Of a DNA stretch of 64,000 bases, positions 9,524 to 18,882 are shown one piece after another. Each line of letters begins with the position of its first letter. Position 1 is the first letter of the stretch. A program made the translations under genes and the position numbers. The stretch is from Deltaproteobacteria bacterium (GTDB lineage Bacteria > Desulfobacterota > Syntrophia > Syntrophales > Smithellaceae), in contig JAAYDW010000037.1 in assembly GCA_012729055.1 (NCBI GenBank), positions 55,028 through 119,027 on the forward strand, read 5' to 3'. A model generated the notes under the pieces. It did not search any database. It was not told the origin of the DNA and was given only the letters and a program-made list of their open reading frames with translations.

Positions 9524-10816
9524 TCAACGGGCAAGCAAACCGACGGCGATGGCCTCCTTCCTCAACGCTTCCCGGAAATCCGGATGGGCGATGGAAATCA
9601 TGGCATTCACACGATCGGGAATGGATTTCAGATACAGGTCGGCAATTCCGTACTCCGTCACAACGTACATGACGTCGCAACGCTGAACCGTTACCACCGC
9701 CCCCGGAGGAAGTGCCACCGAGATCGTGGAGAGGATCTTGTTGTCTTTGGTCCTGATCGTGGACGGCATGCACAAAAAGCTTTTTCCGCCTTTCGACCGC
9801 AGCGCGCCGCGCACGAAATCCCCCTGCCCGCCGATCGAACTGTACTGCGTAAATCCAAGCGACTCGGAACAGACCTGGCCCGTAAGATCGGACATCAGGC
9901 AGCCGTTGATGGAAATCAGGTTGTCGTTTTGGCCGATGATGTTTTCATCGTTGGTGATCCGCAGGGGAGTGAGCTCGATTTGCCCGGCGGCCAAAAAATC
10001 GTAAAGCTCCGGACTGCCCATGGAGAAACCGGCGACGATCTTGCCGGTAATGACGCCCTTCTTGACCAGGTGCATCATGGAGTCCGTGAACATCTCGGTG
10101 TAGACCGACAAATTCTTCTTTTCTTCCAGGCGGTAGCCGATGGCGTTGGCCAGACCGCCGATGCCCAGTTGAATGCACGCGCCGTCGGGAATCTGATCGA
10201 TGAGAATGGCGGCGATTTGCTTATCCGTTTCCGTGGGCTCGCGCTGCGGGAAAACGGGAAAGGAATGATCCGCTTCACAAATATAATCCACCTTGCTCAC
10301 GTGGATTTTGCATTCGGGCCCCTTGATGCGGGGCTGGTATTTATTCACCTGAACGATGATTTTCTTCGCATACTCGGCAATCTCGCCATGCCAGTCCACG
10401 CCGCACGCGCCGTAGTACAGATAGCCTTCTTCGTCGGGAAGAGAAACGTCAACGGCCAGCGTGTCCACCCGGTAATAATCCCTGAGCGCGATGCAGACTT
10501 TGGAAAAGGGAACGGAGTTGTTATCGATATTGCCGATCTTGTGGTAGAGTCTTTCCTGGGGGCCGACAAATACGGAATGCCCCTTGATGTGACCGATGTA
10601 CTTTGCGTCCTGAAGGACTTTAAAATCGTACAAGAACAGGCTGCTGATGATGTGGACGTCGGTAAGCTCGGCGTACCGGTCGACGACCGCATCCATCAAT
10701 TGAATCGGCGTCGAGGTGCTGGACCCGAACCAGATCCGGTCGCCCGATTCAATCTTCGCCGCAGCGTCTTGCACTGAAACCAGTTTGCTTTGATAGATAT
10801 TCTTCCAGTCGGACAT
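9524..10816 (-). CDS. Acetyl-CoA hydrolase/transferase family protein (4-hydroxybutyrate CoA-transferase-like)
   Basis: 430 aa. Family motifs are present: IQLGIGGLANA, VYTEMFTD, SSIGGQGDFVRGA and a C-terminal IAHPDFRE. Confidence 0.9.
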   Translation of the reverse strand: MSDWKNIYQSKLVSVQDAAAKIESGDRIWFGSSTSTPIQLMDAVVDRYAELTDVHIISSLFLYDFKVLQDAKYIGHIKGHSVFVGPQERLYHKIGNIDNNSVPFSKVCIALRDYYRVDTLAVDVSLPDEEGYLYYGACGVDWHGEIAEYAKKIIVQVNKYQPRIKGPECKIHVSKVDYICEADHSFPVFPQREPTETDKQIAAILIDQIPDGACIQLGIGGLANAIGYRLEEKKNLSVYTEMFTDSMMHLVKKGVITGKIVAGFSMGSPELYDFLAAGQIELTPLRITNDENIIGQNDNLISINGCLMSDLTGQVCSESLGFTQYSSIGGQGDFVRGALRSKGGKSFLCMPSTIRTKDNKILSTISVALPPGAVVTVQRCDVMYVVTEYGIADLYLKSIPDRVNAMISIAHPDFREALRKEAIAVGLLAR

Positions 10817-10852
10817 GTTTTCTCCGAACGTATTTTTTCTAAATCAGTACTC

Positions 10853-10895
10853 TTCCGGCAGGAAAGCCGTCGCTGAGAACGGCTGCCTGCCGGAA
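10853..10895 (-). other. Intercistronic stem-loop after the acyl-CoA dehydrogenase gene
   Basis: A perfect 10-bp outer stem, TTCCGGCAGG...CCTGCCGGAA, encloses an inner AGCCGT/ACGGCT pairing. No T-tract follows on the transcribed strand, so it is not a canonical terminator. Confidence 0.4.
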
Positions 10896-10897
10896 CT

Positions 10898-12055
10898 CTA
10901 GAACAGCGTGCATGTCTTGCCCAGAATGCCGCGGCCGGCGACCATACGGTTGATCTGGTTGGTCCCCTCGAAGATCTGCGTCAGCTTCGCGTCGCGCATC
11001 AGCTTTTCCACAACGGCGCCTTTCATGTATCCGGAACCGGCCATAATCTGAACGGCATCCGTGGTCACTTTCATTGCGGCGTCGGAGGCAAACAGCTTGG
11101 CCAGCGCCGCTTCCGTGGAACAGCGGATGTTGTTGTCGAGCATCCAGCCGACCTGCAGATACATCGCCCGGGAAGCCATCGTCAGGGCGTTCATATCGGC
11201 CAAGAGAAAGCTGACGCCCTGGAAATTGCCGATCGGCTGGCCGAACTGCACGCGCGTGTTCGCGTATTTGGCCGCTTCGTCCAGCGCCTTCTGCGCAATG
11301 CCGGTGCTGACGGCCGTGATGTTCGCCCGCCCCCGGTCCAGCGCCATCATCGCCAGCTTGAAGCCCTGGCCCTCGCCGCCGATCAGATTTTCTTTCGTCA
11401 ATTCCACGTTGTCAAAAATCAGCTCCGCCACGTTCATCGCGCGGTGGCCCATCTTATCCTCGATCCGGCCGACGCTGATCCCCGGGGTGTCGCGGGGAAC
11501 GGCAAAGCAGCAGATGCCCTTGGTGCCCTTGCTCTTGTCGATAGTAGCGAAAAGACACAGCAGATCGGCGTATACGCCGTTGGTGATGTAGCATTTGAGC
11601 CCGTTGACGATGTAGCGGTCGCCCTTTTTCTCGGCCGTTGTCTTCATGACGCCGGCATCCGAACCGGCTTCCGGCTCGGTGAGGCAGAAACAGGCGCTGC
11701 GATAGCTTTCCGTCATTTTGCCGATGAACTTCTTTTTCTGCTCTTCGGTGGCCCCGATCATGAGGGCGCCGGTGGCCAGATGCGAAATGCCGATCACCTG
11801 GGCAATGGCGCAGCATTCGTAGTTCATCGCTTCCGTGACGAGATAATGCTCGACAAAGCTCATTCCCGTGCCGCCGTAGGCTTTGGGAATATTCGTGTAC
11901 ATCAGCCCCAGTTGATGGGCTTTCTTGCAGATCTCCTCGGGGTATGTCCCGTCCCGGTCGTATTCGACAGCGACAGGCCGAATCTCCCTGGCCGCAAAAT
12001 CGCGCGCCGTTTCCAACAACGCCTTTTGCTGGCTGCTTAAACTGAAATCAATCAT
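10898..12055 (-). CDS. Acyl-CoA dehydrogenase (short/medium-chain type)
   Basis: 385 aa with the ACAD fold pattern (CLTEPEAGSDAG, YITNG, a C-terminal IFEGTNQI containing the catalytic Glu, and QIMAGSGYM). Confidence 0.95.
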   Translation of the reverse strand: MIDFSLSSQQKALLETARDFAAREIRPVAVEYDRDGTYPEEICKKAHQLGLMYTNIPKAYGGTGMSFVEHYLVTEAMNYECCAIAQVIGISHLATGALMIGATEEQKKKFIGKMTESYRSACFCLTEPEAGSDAGVMKTTAEKKGDRYIVNGLKCYITNGVYADLLCLFATIDKSKGTKGICCFAVPRDTPGISVGRIEDKMGHRAMNVAELIFDNVELTKENLIGGEGQGFKLAMMALDRGRANITAVSTGIAQKALDEAAKYANTRVQFGQPIGNFQGVSFLLADMNALTMASRAMYLQVGWMLDNNIRCSTEAALAKLFASDAAMKVTTDAVQIMAGSGYMKGAVVEKLMRDAKLTQIFEGTNQINRMVAGRGILGKTCTLF

Positions 12056-12132
12056 CGGATGGTTCCTTTCTTTATCTTATGAATTTTTCGCCGCGGCGGG
12101 ATGACCTGCCGCTTCCTCGCGCTTTTTTTCCT

Positions 12133-13353
12133 TTACCGTTCCAGGTTTTCCACCAGCGTCACCACGCCCTGGCCGCCGCCGCAGCAGGAGCCGAACATGC
12201 CGAAGCGCCCGCCCCGGCGAATGAGCTCGCGCATGCACAGCATGCCGATGCGTCCGCCGGACGCGCCGTTGGCATGCCCGAAGGCAATGGCGCCGCCGTT
12301 GGGATTCCACCGGTTCATATCGATTTTATGGTCCGTTTGTTTTTCCATCTCGCGGATGACCGCCAGGTTCTGCGCGGCGAAGGCTTCATTGCATTCAATG
12401 ATGTCGATATCCGCCAGCGTAAGTCCCGCGCGCTTGAGCGCCACGAGAAAAGCGTACGCCGGCGCAATGCCCATGATGCCGGGATCGACGCCGAACTCGG
12501 CGCCGGCGACCCAGCGGGCCAGCGGTTTGTACCCCAGGGCTTTGGCTTTTTCTGCCGTCATCAAAAGCACGAACGAAGCGCCGTCGTTGAAGCCGGAGGA
12601 GTTGCCGGCGGTCACGGTGCCGCCCTTTTTGAAAGCCGGCGGAAGCGTCGCGAGCGTTTCCAGGGAAGACAGGCGGGGAAATTCATCAACCTTGAAATCC
12701 AGCGGCGGTTTCTTCTTGCCCTGAGAAACCGGAACCGGCACGATCTCATCGACATAAATTCCCGCTTCGATGGATTTCTTAGCAAGCGTCTGGCTCCGGA
12801 AAGCAAATTCGTCCTGCTCTTCGCGGGAAATCTTGTACATCTCCACAAGGTTCTCAGCGGTCAGGCCCATTTCGGCAAGCGGAATGTACTTGCGCCCTTC
12901 CATTTCCGGCGGCTGAAGTTCGAACTCCAGAAGTTTGACGGCATTTAATTTGTAAGGCTGGACGCTGGTCGAGTAGAGACGGGGCAGTTGGCTGAAGGAC
13001 TCGCAGCCGCCGGCGATCACGACATCCGCCTGGTCGGCCAGAATCTTCCACGCCGCGTGGTTGATGCAGTCGATCGCCGAACCGCACTGCAATTCAATGG
13101 ATGACGCGGAGGTTTCAAAGGGCATGCCCGCGTAAAGCATAGCCCAGCGCGCCAGGTTGATCGCATGGGCCGGGTGATAGGCCATTCCGGCATACACATT
13201 GTCCACCTTCGTGCGTTCGCAGATTTTTGTTTTATCGACGAGGCCCTTGAGGCATATTCCCGCGAGCTGCTCCGCGGTATGGTCCTTCAGGCTGCCTCCC
13301 AGTTTGCCGAAGGCGGTTCGCATGGCTTCTACAATAACAACTTCTCTCTTCAT
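12133..13353 (-). CDS. Thiolase (acetyl-CoA C-acyltransferase family)
   Basis: 406 aa. It has the nucleophile Cys context IELQCGSAID, then ECNEAFAAQ, GHANGASGGR and a C-terminal SCCGGGQG. Confidence 0.9.
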   Translation of the reverse strand: MKREVVIVEAMRTAFGKLGGSLKDHTAEQLAGICLKGLVDKTKICERTKVDNVYAGMAYHPAHAINLARWAMLYAGMPFETSASSIELQCGSAIDCINHAAWKILADQADVVIAGGCESFSQLPRLYSTSVQPYKLNAVKLLEFELQPPEMEGRKYIPLAEMGLTAENLVEMYKISREEQDEFAFRSQTLAKKSIEAGIYVDEIVPVPVSQGKKKPPLDFKVDEFPRLSSLETLATLPPAFKKGGTVTAGNSSGFNDGASFVLLMTAEKAKALGYKPLARWVAGAEFGVDPGIMGIAPAYAFLVALKRAGLTLADIDIIECNEAFAAQNLAVIREMEKQTDHKIDMNRWNPNGGAIAFGHANGASGGRIGMLCMRELIRRGGRFGMFGSCCGGGQGVVTLVENLER

Positions 13354-13494
13354 TATAAATTCATCCTCTCTTCACCAATATGTTGTAGTTAAGACGTGAC
13401 GTCCGTAAGCAGGATTTCCGTCGTTCTTTGATCGCGAAATGCCGAAGGAATCCGGCTCGTACCGAAAATGTCAACACCGTCATGAATGGAAGGT

Positions 13495-13510
13495 AGCAAC
13501 GAATATGCCA
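13495..13510 (-). promoter_or_regulatory. Sigma-54 (-24/-12) promoter
   Basis: The minus strand reads TGGCAT-ATTCG-TTGCT with exact GG-N10-GC spacing. It lies about 140 nt upstream of the thiolase ATG at 13353, inside a 344-nt intergenic gap. Confidence 0.75.
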
Positions 13511-13667
13511 CAGCAGCTTTATCACGATAAGCCGTCGATATGACTTAGGTTGCATGAATTCCGGCAAACGATTCCCCGTCGGCATATGCTTCATCCGGTG
13601 AGCGACGATCCAAAGGGAACCTCGGGCAAATCAGAAAAAACCTGCGCAATAATGATTCCTTAACACG

Positions 13668-13706
13668 CCATGACGCAAATGATTCACGGTGCATGATTTA
13701 ATTGCC
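13668..13706. promoter_or_regulatory. Candidate enhancer (UAS) element, copy 1
   Basis: The 39-nt sequence CCATGACGCAAATGATTCACGGTGCATGATTTAATTGCC matches 18844-18882 at 30 of 39 ungapped positions. It lies about 160-195 nt upstream of the sigma-54 promoter at 13495-13510 and contains two (G/C)CATGA repeats 23 bp apart. Confidence 0.55.
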
Positions 13707-14996
13707 TTCCTCTTCTTTGTGGTCTTCCAGCCACTGGGGAAGTCTTTCCAGTTCGGGAGCGCGATAAAGAACGTTTCCCCGGTAGAGGTCCGAAATATCT
13801 TCCGTTTTATAATCCAGAATCTTCGAAAGAATTTCTTCGTTGTGTTCTCCCAGGAAAGGCGCATAGCCCCGGACGTCGCCCGGCGTCTTGGATAACTTCA
13901 GCGGGCTGCCGAACATTTTCATTGGCCCTAAAAAGGGCTGGACCTTTTCCAGCCTCATGCCGCGCGCTCCAATATTGGCATCCGTCGTGGCCAGCTCCGC
14001 AATGCTTTTCACCCGGCAGCAGGGAATGCCGGCCGCGAGCAGTCTTCGCTCCGCTTCTTCAACGGAGTCCTGCGCCATTACCCACGCTTCAACCGCTTCA
14101 TGCACGAGCGGCGCGCTTTCCGGCGAGCAGCGTCTGCTGACTTCCTTGGTCCGCGGATCATCATGCAGCCAGGCGCATTCCGATCCCAGAAGGTCCACGA
14201 GCTCCGGCCAGCGCGTCTGGGAAAGAATGGCGATGGCGATGGCGCCGTTCTTTCCGCGATAAATGCCGTATGGCGCGGCGGTGCTGCTTTTTTGGCCGTT
14301 TACCGGCGTGATCACCGCTTTGCCGGCAGCCTCGCTGGTCCAGTAAGCGGGAACCGCCGTCTCGTGGATCGAGAAAAGACAATCGACCATGGAAATGTCG
14401 ATCGCCTGACCTTCTCCCGTGAGCATCCGGTGGTACAGGGCGGCCAGGACCGCCGTGCAGGCGTGCATCGCCGCGACCGTATCGCCGATGGCGACGGGGG
14501 CGGGATGCTTCGCTTCTGTCAGACCCACCCAACCGCTGGCGGCCTGGGCGATGACATCGTACCCCGGTTTGTTGCTGTCCGGGCCGGTCTGTCCGAAACA
14601 GGAAATGGAACAATAGATGATGTCGGGTTTGATTTGTTTTGCCGATTCGTAGTCCAGTTTCAGCTTGGCCATGACTCCCGGGGCAAAGTTTTCGACCAGA
14701 ATGTCGCTCTTTCGGATCAGCTCGCGGATGATGGCGATTCCCCGCGGCTCTTTGAGGTTGATGCAGAGGCTTTTCTTTCCTCTGTTGAGATGGATGTGAT
14801 AAGAACTTTGCGTGACTTGTTCCTTCTGGACCTGGAGGGGCTGCCATCTTTCGTGGCAGCCGCGCGTGTAGTGCTCGACCTTGATGACCGTGGCGCCGAG
14901 ATCGGTAAAGGTCATGGTCGTGTGCGGTCCGGCCAGAACCCACGTGAAATCCAAAACGGTCAATCCGGAAAGCGGGCCCGGTTTCGTTTTATACAT
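13698..14996 (-). CDS. Family III CoA-transferase (CaiB/BaiF type)
   Basis: 432 aa. It has the N-terminal LSGLTVLDFTWVLAGPHTTMTFTDLGATVIKVE signature and the downstream GYDVIAQAASG region typical of family III CoA-transferases. Confidence 0.9.
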   Translation of the reverse strand: MYKTKPGPLSGLTVLDFTWVLAGPHTTMTFTDLGATVIKVEHYTRGCHERWQPLQVQKEQVTQSSYHIHLNRGKKSLCINLKEPRGIAIIRELIRKSDILVENFAPGVMAKLKLDYESAKQIKPDIIYCSISCFGQTGPDSNKPGYDVIAQAASGWVGLTEAKHPAPVAIGDTVAAMHACTAVLAALYHRMLTGEGQAIDISMVDCLFSIHETAVPAYWTSEAAGKAVITPVNGQKSSTAAPYGIYRGKNGAIAIAILSQTRWPELVDLLGSECAWLHDDPRTKEVSRRCSPESAPLVHEAVEAWVMAQDSVEEAERRLLAAGIPCCRVKSIAELATTDANIGARGMRLEKVQPFLGPMKMFGSPLKLSKTPGDVRGYAPFLGEHNEEILSKILDYKTEDISDLYRGNVLYRAPELERLPQWLEDHKEEEGN

Positions 14997-15272
14997 AAGT
15001 TGTTTTCTCCTCTTTGATCACGTCCCCGAAAAGAACCGAATTGACTCCGGATCGGAGAGTGACCTGAAATCTCCGGCTTCTCCGCATGGACGCTGTTTCT
15101 CATTTTTCTGATCGACCGCCGGCAAGGCCGAGGCTTTCCGTTGGCCGGCCGCTCAGCCGGCGATACTCTTCGCCTGCTTCCTGCTCGGCACGCCGCCGGA
15201 CGCGTCCGGATCGCGATTTGCCCCTACCGTGATCAGAGCCGATATTTTGCCGTCCGGAACCGCGCCATGATT

Positions 15273-15348
15273 CCCGACGAACCCGGCCTCGGCCGCAGGA
15301 ACCGAAGCCGGGTTCGTCGGGCAGGAGGACGGAAGACAGCTGTCTTCC
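15273..15348 (-). other. Two strong stem-loops in the 365-nt spacer between the thiolase and CoA-transferase genes
   Basis: The first is a perfect 15-bp stem, CCCGACGAACCCGGC (15273-15287) with GCCGGGTTCGTCGGG (15307-15321). The second is a perfect 18-bp palindrome, GGAAGACAGCTGTCTTCC (15331-15348). Confidence 0.6.
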
Positions 15349-15361
15349 GGGTTTGTAGCCG

Positions 15362-16615
15362 CTACAGCATTTCCAGGGCGACGGCCATGGAGACGCCGCC
15401 GCCGCCGCAAAGCGTGGCGAGCCCCAGCGTGTTGCCGCGCTTCTGCATCGCGTGCAAAAGCGTCACGAGAAGCCGGCAGCCCGTGGCGCCGGTCGGATGG
15501 CCGAGCCCGCAGCCGGAGCCGTTGATATTGGTGATTTCCCGGTTGAGCCCGAGCTCTCTTTCGCAGGCGATGTACTGCGCAGCAAAAGCTTCATTCACTT
15601 CCATGAGCTCAAAATCCGCTATTTTCAAATTCGCGTTTTGCATCAGGTTCCGCACCGCCGGCGCGGGAGAAATTCCCATCACCGAAGGATGGCTGCCGCC
15701 GTAGCCCACGGCTTTGATCCGGGCCAGCGGCTTGAGCCCCAGCGCCCGGGCCTTTTCGGCCGACATGATCACCATGGCGGCGGCGCCGTCATTGAGGCCG
15801 GAGGAATTGCCGGCCGTCACTTTGCCGATCTTCGGAACGAAGGCGGGGGGCAGCGCCGCCAGACGGTCCATCGTCAGTCCCGCAATAAAATGTTCGTCCT
15901 TTTCGAAAACAAGCGGCGGCTTTCCTTTTTTCTGGGGAACGGACACGGGAATAATTTCCGCCCGGAAGGAACCGTCTTTCGTCGCGCGTTCGGCGTTGTT
16001 GTGGCTGCGCAGGGCCACCTCGTCCATCTCTTCCCGCGTAATGGAATACAGTTCGGCAAGAAACTCCGCCGTCTGCCCCATGATGTAAGGCTGGCCGCGG
16101 AACAGGTCGATGAGCGCCCCTTCCTTAAGCGGGCCTTTTTCCGGCCCGGGAAGCAGCCGCGATCCGCAGTAGAGCTGATGCCACACTTCGTCGGCGAAAA
16201 CCTGATCCTGAAGCCTGCTGCCCCACCGGGCCGTGAGGACGCGGTAAACGCCCCCGGACATCTGCTCCACGCCGCCCGCCAGAATGACGTCGGTAAATCC
16301 GGCTTTAATCATCGCCGCGCCGGACACAACCGCTTCCATCGCGGAAACACAGACGCGGTTCATGGTCACGGCCGGAACCGTCACGGGAATGTCCGCCAGC
16401 AGCGCTGCGACGCGGGCGGTATTTTGTTCATCGATATGTTCGTTGCAGCAGCCGAAGCGAACGTCATTGATGATCGCCGGGTCGATTCCGGCGCGGCGGA
16501 TGGCCTCCTTCATGACGACACTGGCCATCGTCGAAGCGTTACTGTCTTTGAGCGACCCGCCGAATTTACCGATGGCGGTCCGGCAGGCCGATACGATTAC
16601 AACATCTTTTTCCAT
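15362..16615 (-). CDS. Thiolase (acetyl-CoA C-acyltransferase family)
   Basis: 417 aa. Motifs: MNRVCVSAMEAV (nucleophile Cys), EVNEAFAAQ, GHPTGATGCR and LCGGGGVS. Confidence 0.9.
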   Translation of the reverse strand: MEKDVVIVSACRTAIGKFGGSLKDSNASTMASVVMKEAIRRAGIDPAIINDVRFGCCNEHIDEQNTARVAALLADIPVTVPAVTMNRVCVSAMEAVVSGAAMIKAGFTDVILAGGVEQMSGGVYRVLTARWGSRLQDQVFADEVWHQLYCGSRLLPGPEKGPLKEGALIDLFRGQPYIMGQTAEFLAELYSITREEMDEVALRSHNNAERATKDGSFRAEIIPVSVPQKKGKPPLVFEKDEHFIAGLTMDRLAALPPAFVPKIGKVTAGNSSGLNDGAAAMVIMSAEKARALGLKPLARIKAVGYGGSHPSVMGISPAPAVRNLMQNANLKIADFELMEVNEAFAAQYIACERELGLNREITNINGSGCGLGHPTGATGCRLLVTLLHAMQKRGNTLGLATLCGGGGVSMAVALEML

Positions 16616-16664
16616 AACTTTTCCTCTTCAATTGATATTCCGTAAACGTCAGCAAAAGATCGCA

Positions 16665-18524
16665 TCAGTAGGAAAAAGCCTCTTCCGTGATCTCCATGGC
16701 CGACGTGTCGCACAGTTTGATGCCTTCGCACCTGGCTTTGACGCTGGTGAGAACATTGGCTGCAAAAAATTTGGCGGAGGCAACCTTGCCGCTGTAAAAG
16801 GCCGCTTCCTTGTCCTCTTGGCACAAAGCGTATTGTTCCCCGGCCGTGCCGGCGCCTTTTGCCTGATAAATCGCATTCCGCTTGTCAACGCAGAGGCGGG
16901 CGGCGCCCAGCAAAAAGTTCCCGATCACGACGTCTCCGAACAGCTCCAGAAATGGCGCCGCGCAAAGATAAGCCGCGGCCGTATTCTCTTTCGAAAGCTT
17001 GATGAGAAAAACGGCCAGATCGAAACAGGCGCGGGCGGCGTCATCAAGAATGCCCGCCGATGGCGCAAGCTCCGCGACTTTTTTCGCCGCGGCCGCATTG
17101 CCGAAGATATCGTTAAAGAGATTCTCGATATTCCGGCCGTTGCGCTGTCTCAGTTTCCGGCCCAGGAGGTCCATGGCCTGAATGCCGTTGGTGCCTTCGT
17201 AAATCGTCGCAATCTTCTCGTCGCGCAGGTACTGCTCGATGGGATATTCGGAGCAGAAACCGTACCCGCCGAAGACATCCATCGCCATGGAGCAAATCTG
17301 GAATCCCTTGTCGGTCGTGTAGGCTTTCACCACCGGAATCAGCAGCTCGACATAACCGTTCCATTTCTCCTTTTCTTCCGGAGTCGGCGCGATCCTGGCG
17401 CTGTCCATACAGTAGGCGACGTAGTAACACATGGCCCGAAGACCCTCGATGTGGGACTTCATCCACATCAGTTTGCGGCGGACGTCGGGATGGTGGATAA
17501 TGGTAACCGGTTTGGCGTTCGGGTCCTTTCCCGCAAGCATGTCGTTGCCCTGCACGCGCTCGCGGGCGTACACGACGGCGCGCTCAAACGAAGCGGACGC
17601 CATCTCGAGGCCCTGCAAGCCCGTATTCAGCCGGGCCTCGTTCATCATCTGGAACATGATCTTCATGCCTTCACGTTCCTTGCCCAGCAGTTCGCCCGTG
17701 CACTGTCCGTTCTCTCCGAAGTTAAGCGTCGCCGTGGCCGATCCCTTGATCCCCATCTTGTGCTCGATGCCGCCGGTCGCCACGTCGTTTGATTCTCCCA
17801 GAGAACCGTCTTCCTTCACACGGACCTTCGGGACAATAAAAATCGAAATTCCTTTCGTTCCCGCCGGGTCGCCTTCGATCCGTGCCAGAACCGGGTGAAC
17901 GATATTCGGGGTTAAATCGTGGTCTCCCGAAGAGATGAAGCATTTGGTGCCGGTGATGAGATACTTGCCGTCAGGCAGGCGTTTGGCCGATGTTTTGAGG
18001 GCGCCGACGTCCGAACCCGCGCCCGGCTCGGTCAGACACATCGTGCCGCCCCATTCGCCGGAGAAGAGTTTATACATGTACTTGTTTTTCTGTTCTTCCG
18101 TGCCGAAAACCTCGAGAAGGTTCGCGGCGCCCAGAGTCAGGCTCGAATACATGTAAAAGGCATAATTGGCGGAGGCGGTGGTTTCCACGATCGCAAACGC
18201 CATGGAGGAAGGCAACCCCTGGCCTCCGACTTCCGGAGAAGCCGCGGGACAGAGCCATCCCGCTTCCGTGTATTTTTTGTAGGGTTCGTGAAAGCATTGC
18301 GGCGCCGTGACCACTCCGTCTTTGAATGTGCAGCCGACCTTGTCTCCCTCGGCCATCGTCGGAGCAATGACGTTAACGGCGATCTTTTCCGCTTCCTTTA
18401 AAACCATCAACAGATCTTCTTTGGAAAAGCCGTTGAACGCGTCCGATTCCAGCAGACGATCGATACCCAATTGTTCAAAGAGAACAAATTGCTGATCTCT
18501 TGTGTTCACCAACAAATTACTCAT
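16665..18524 (-). CDS. Large acyl-CoA dehydrogenase with extended C-terminal domain
   Basis: 619 aa. An ACAD core (CLTEPGAGSDVG, FISSGDHD, IYEGTNGIQAMD) is followed by a helical extension of about 170 aa, as in long FadE/AidB-like ACADs. Confidence 0.9.
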   Translation of the reverse strand: MSNLLVNTRDQQFVLFEQLGIDRLLESDAFNGFSKEDLLMVLKEAEKIAVNVIAPTMAEGDKVGCTFKDGVVTAPQCFHEPYKKYTEAGWLCPAASPEVGGQGLPSSMAFAIVETTASANYAFYMYSSLTLGAANLLEVFGTEEQKNKYMYKLFSGEWGGTMCLTEPGAGSDVGALKTSAKRLPDGKYLITGTKCFISSGDHDLTPNIVHPVLARIEGDPAGTKGISIFIVPKVRVKEDGSLGESNDVATGGIEHKMGIKGSATATLNFGENGQCTGELLGKEREGMKIMFQMMNEARLNTGLQGLEMASASFERAVVYARERVQGNDMLAGKDPNAKPVTIIHHPDVRRKLMWMKSHIEGLRAMCYYVAYCMDSARIAPTPEEKEKWNGYVELLIPVVKAYTTDKGFQICSMAMDVFGGYGFCSEYPIEQYLRDEKIATIYEGTNGIQAMDLLGRKLRQRNGRNIENLFNDIFGNAAAAKKVAELAPSAGILDDAARACFDLAVFLIKLSKENTAAAYLCAAPFLELFGDVVIGNFLLGAARLCVDKRNAIYQAKGAGTAGEQYALCQEDKEAAFYSGKVASAKFFAANVLTSVKARCEGIKLCDTSAMEITEEAFSY

Positions 18525-18663
18525 GCTGTAACTCCTTTTTTAATTGATCTTCATGCCGGCGAGTGTTGTTCATCGGAGCCGTTTCTCCCCCGAATATTTC
18601 GAACATTCCAGAAACAAAACAAAAGGTCCCGCACCTCTTGTGCCGACCAGTCGAAATAAGTTC

Positions 18664-18679
18664 AGCAATGAGCATGCCA
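18664..18679 (-). promoter_or_regulatory. Sigma-54 (-24/-12) promoter
   Basis: The minus strand reads TGGCAT-GCTCA-TTGCT with exact spacing. It lies 140 nt upstream of the ATG at 18524. Confidence 0.8.
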
Positions 18680-18843
18680 TTGCCCGGCGCAGCACATAAT
18701 GCATTGTTAATATTCAACTAATTTATAATACGCGCAGAAAAACGCTCTGTCGATAACCGAAATGCTTCAGAGAAAGCGCCTGCGGGACTGAAAAAAAGCC
18801 GCGGGAAAGGAAGAATAATCTGCAAAGACGCTTCATTACACCG

Positions 18844-18882
18844 GCATGAAGCAAAACATACACCCTGCATGATTTGCTTGCC
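18844..18882. promoter_or_regulatory. Candidate enhancer (UAS) element, copy 2
   Basis: GCATGAAGCAAAACATACACCCTGCATGATTTGCTTGCC matches 13668-13706 at 30 of 39 positions. It lies about 165-200 nt upstream of the minus-strand promoter and about 260 nt upstream of the divergent plus-strand promoter. Confidence 0.55.

Noticed and set aside
15141-15704. A 187-aa plus-strand ORF and an 85-aa minus-strand ORF spanning the long spacer.
   Set aside because: Both run into or out of the thiolase gene on the wrong frame or strand. They are Arg/Pro/Ala-rich with no motifs. The spacer is better explained as structured RNA.
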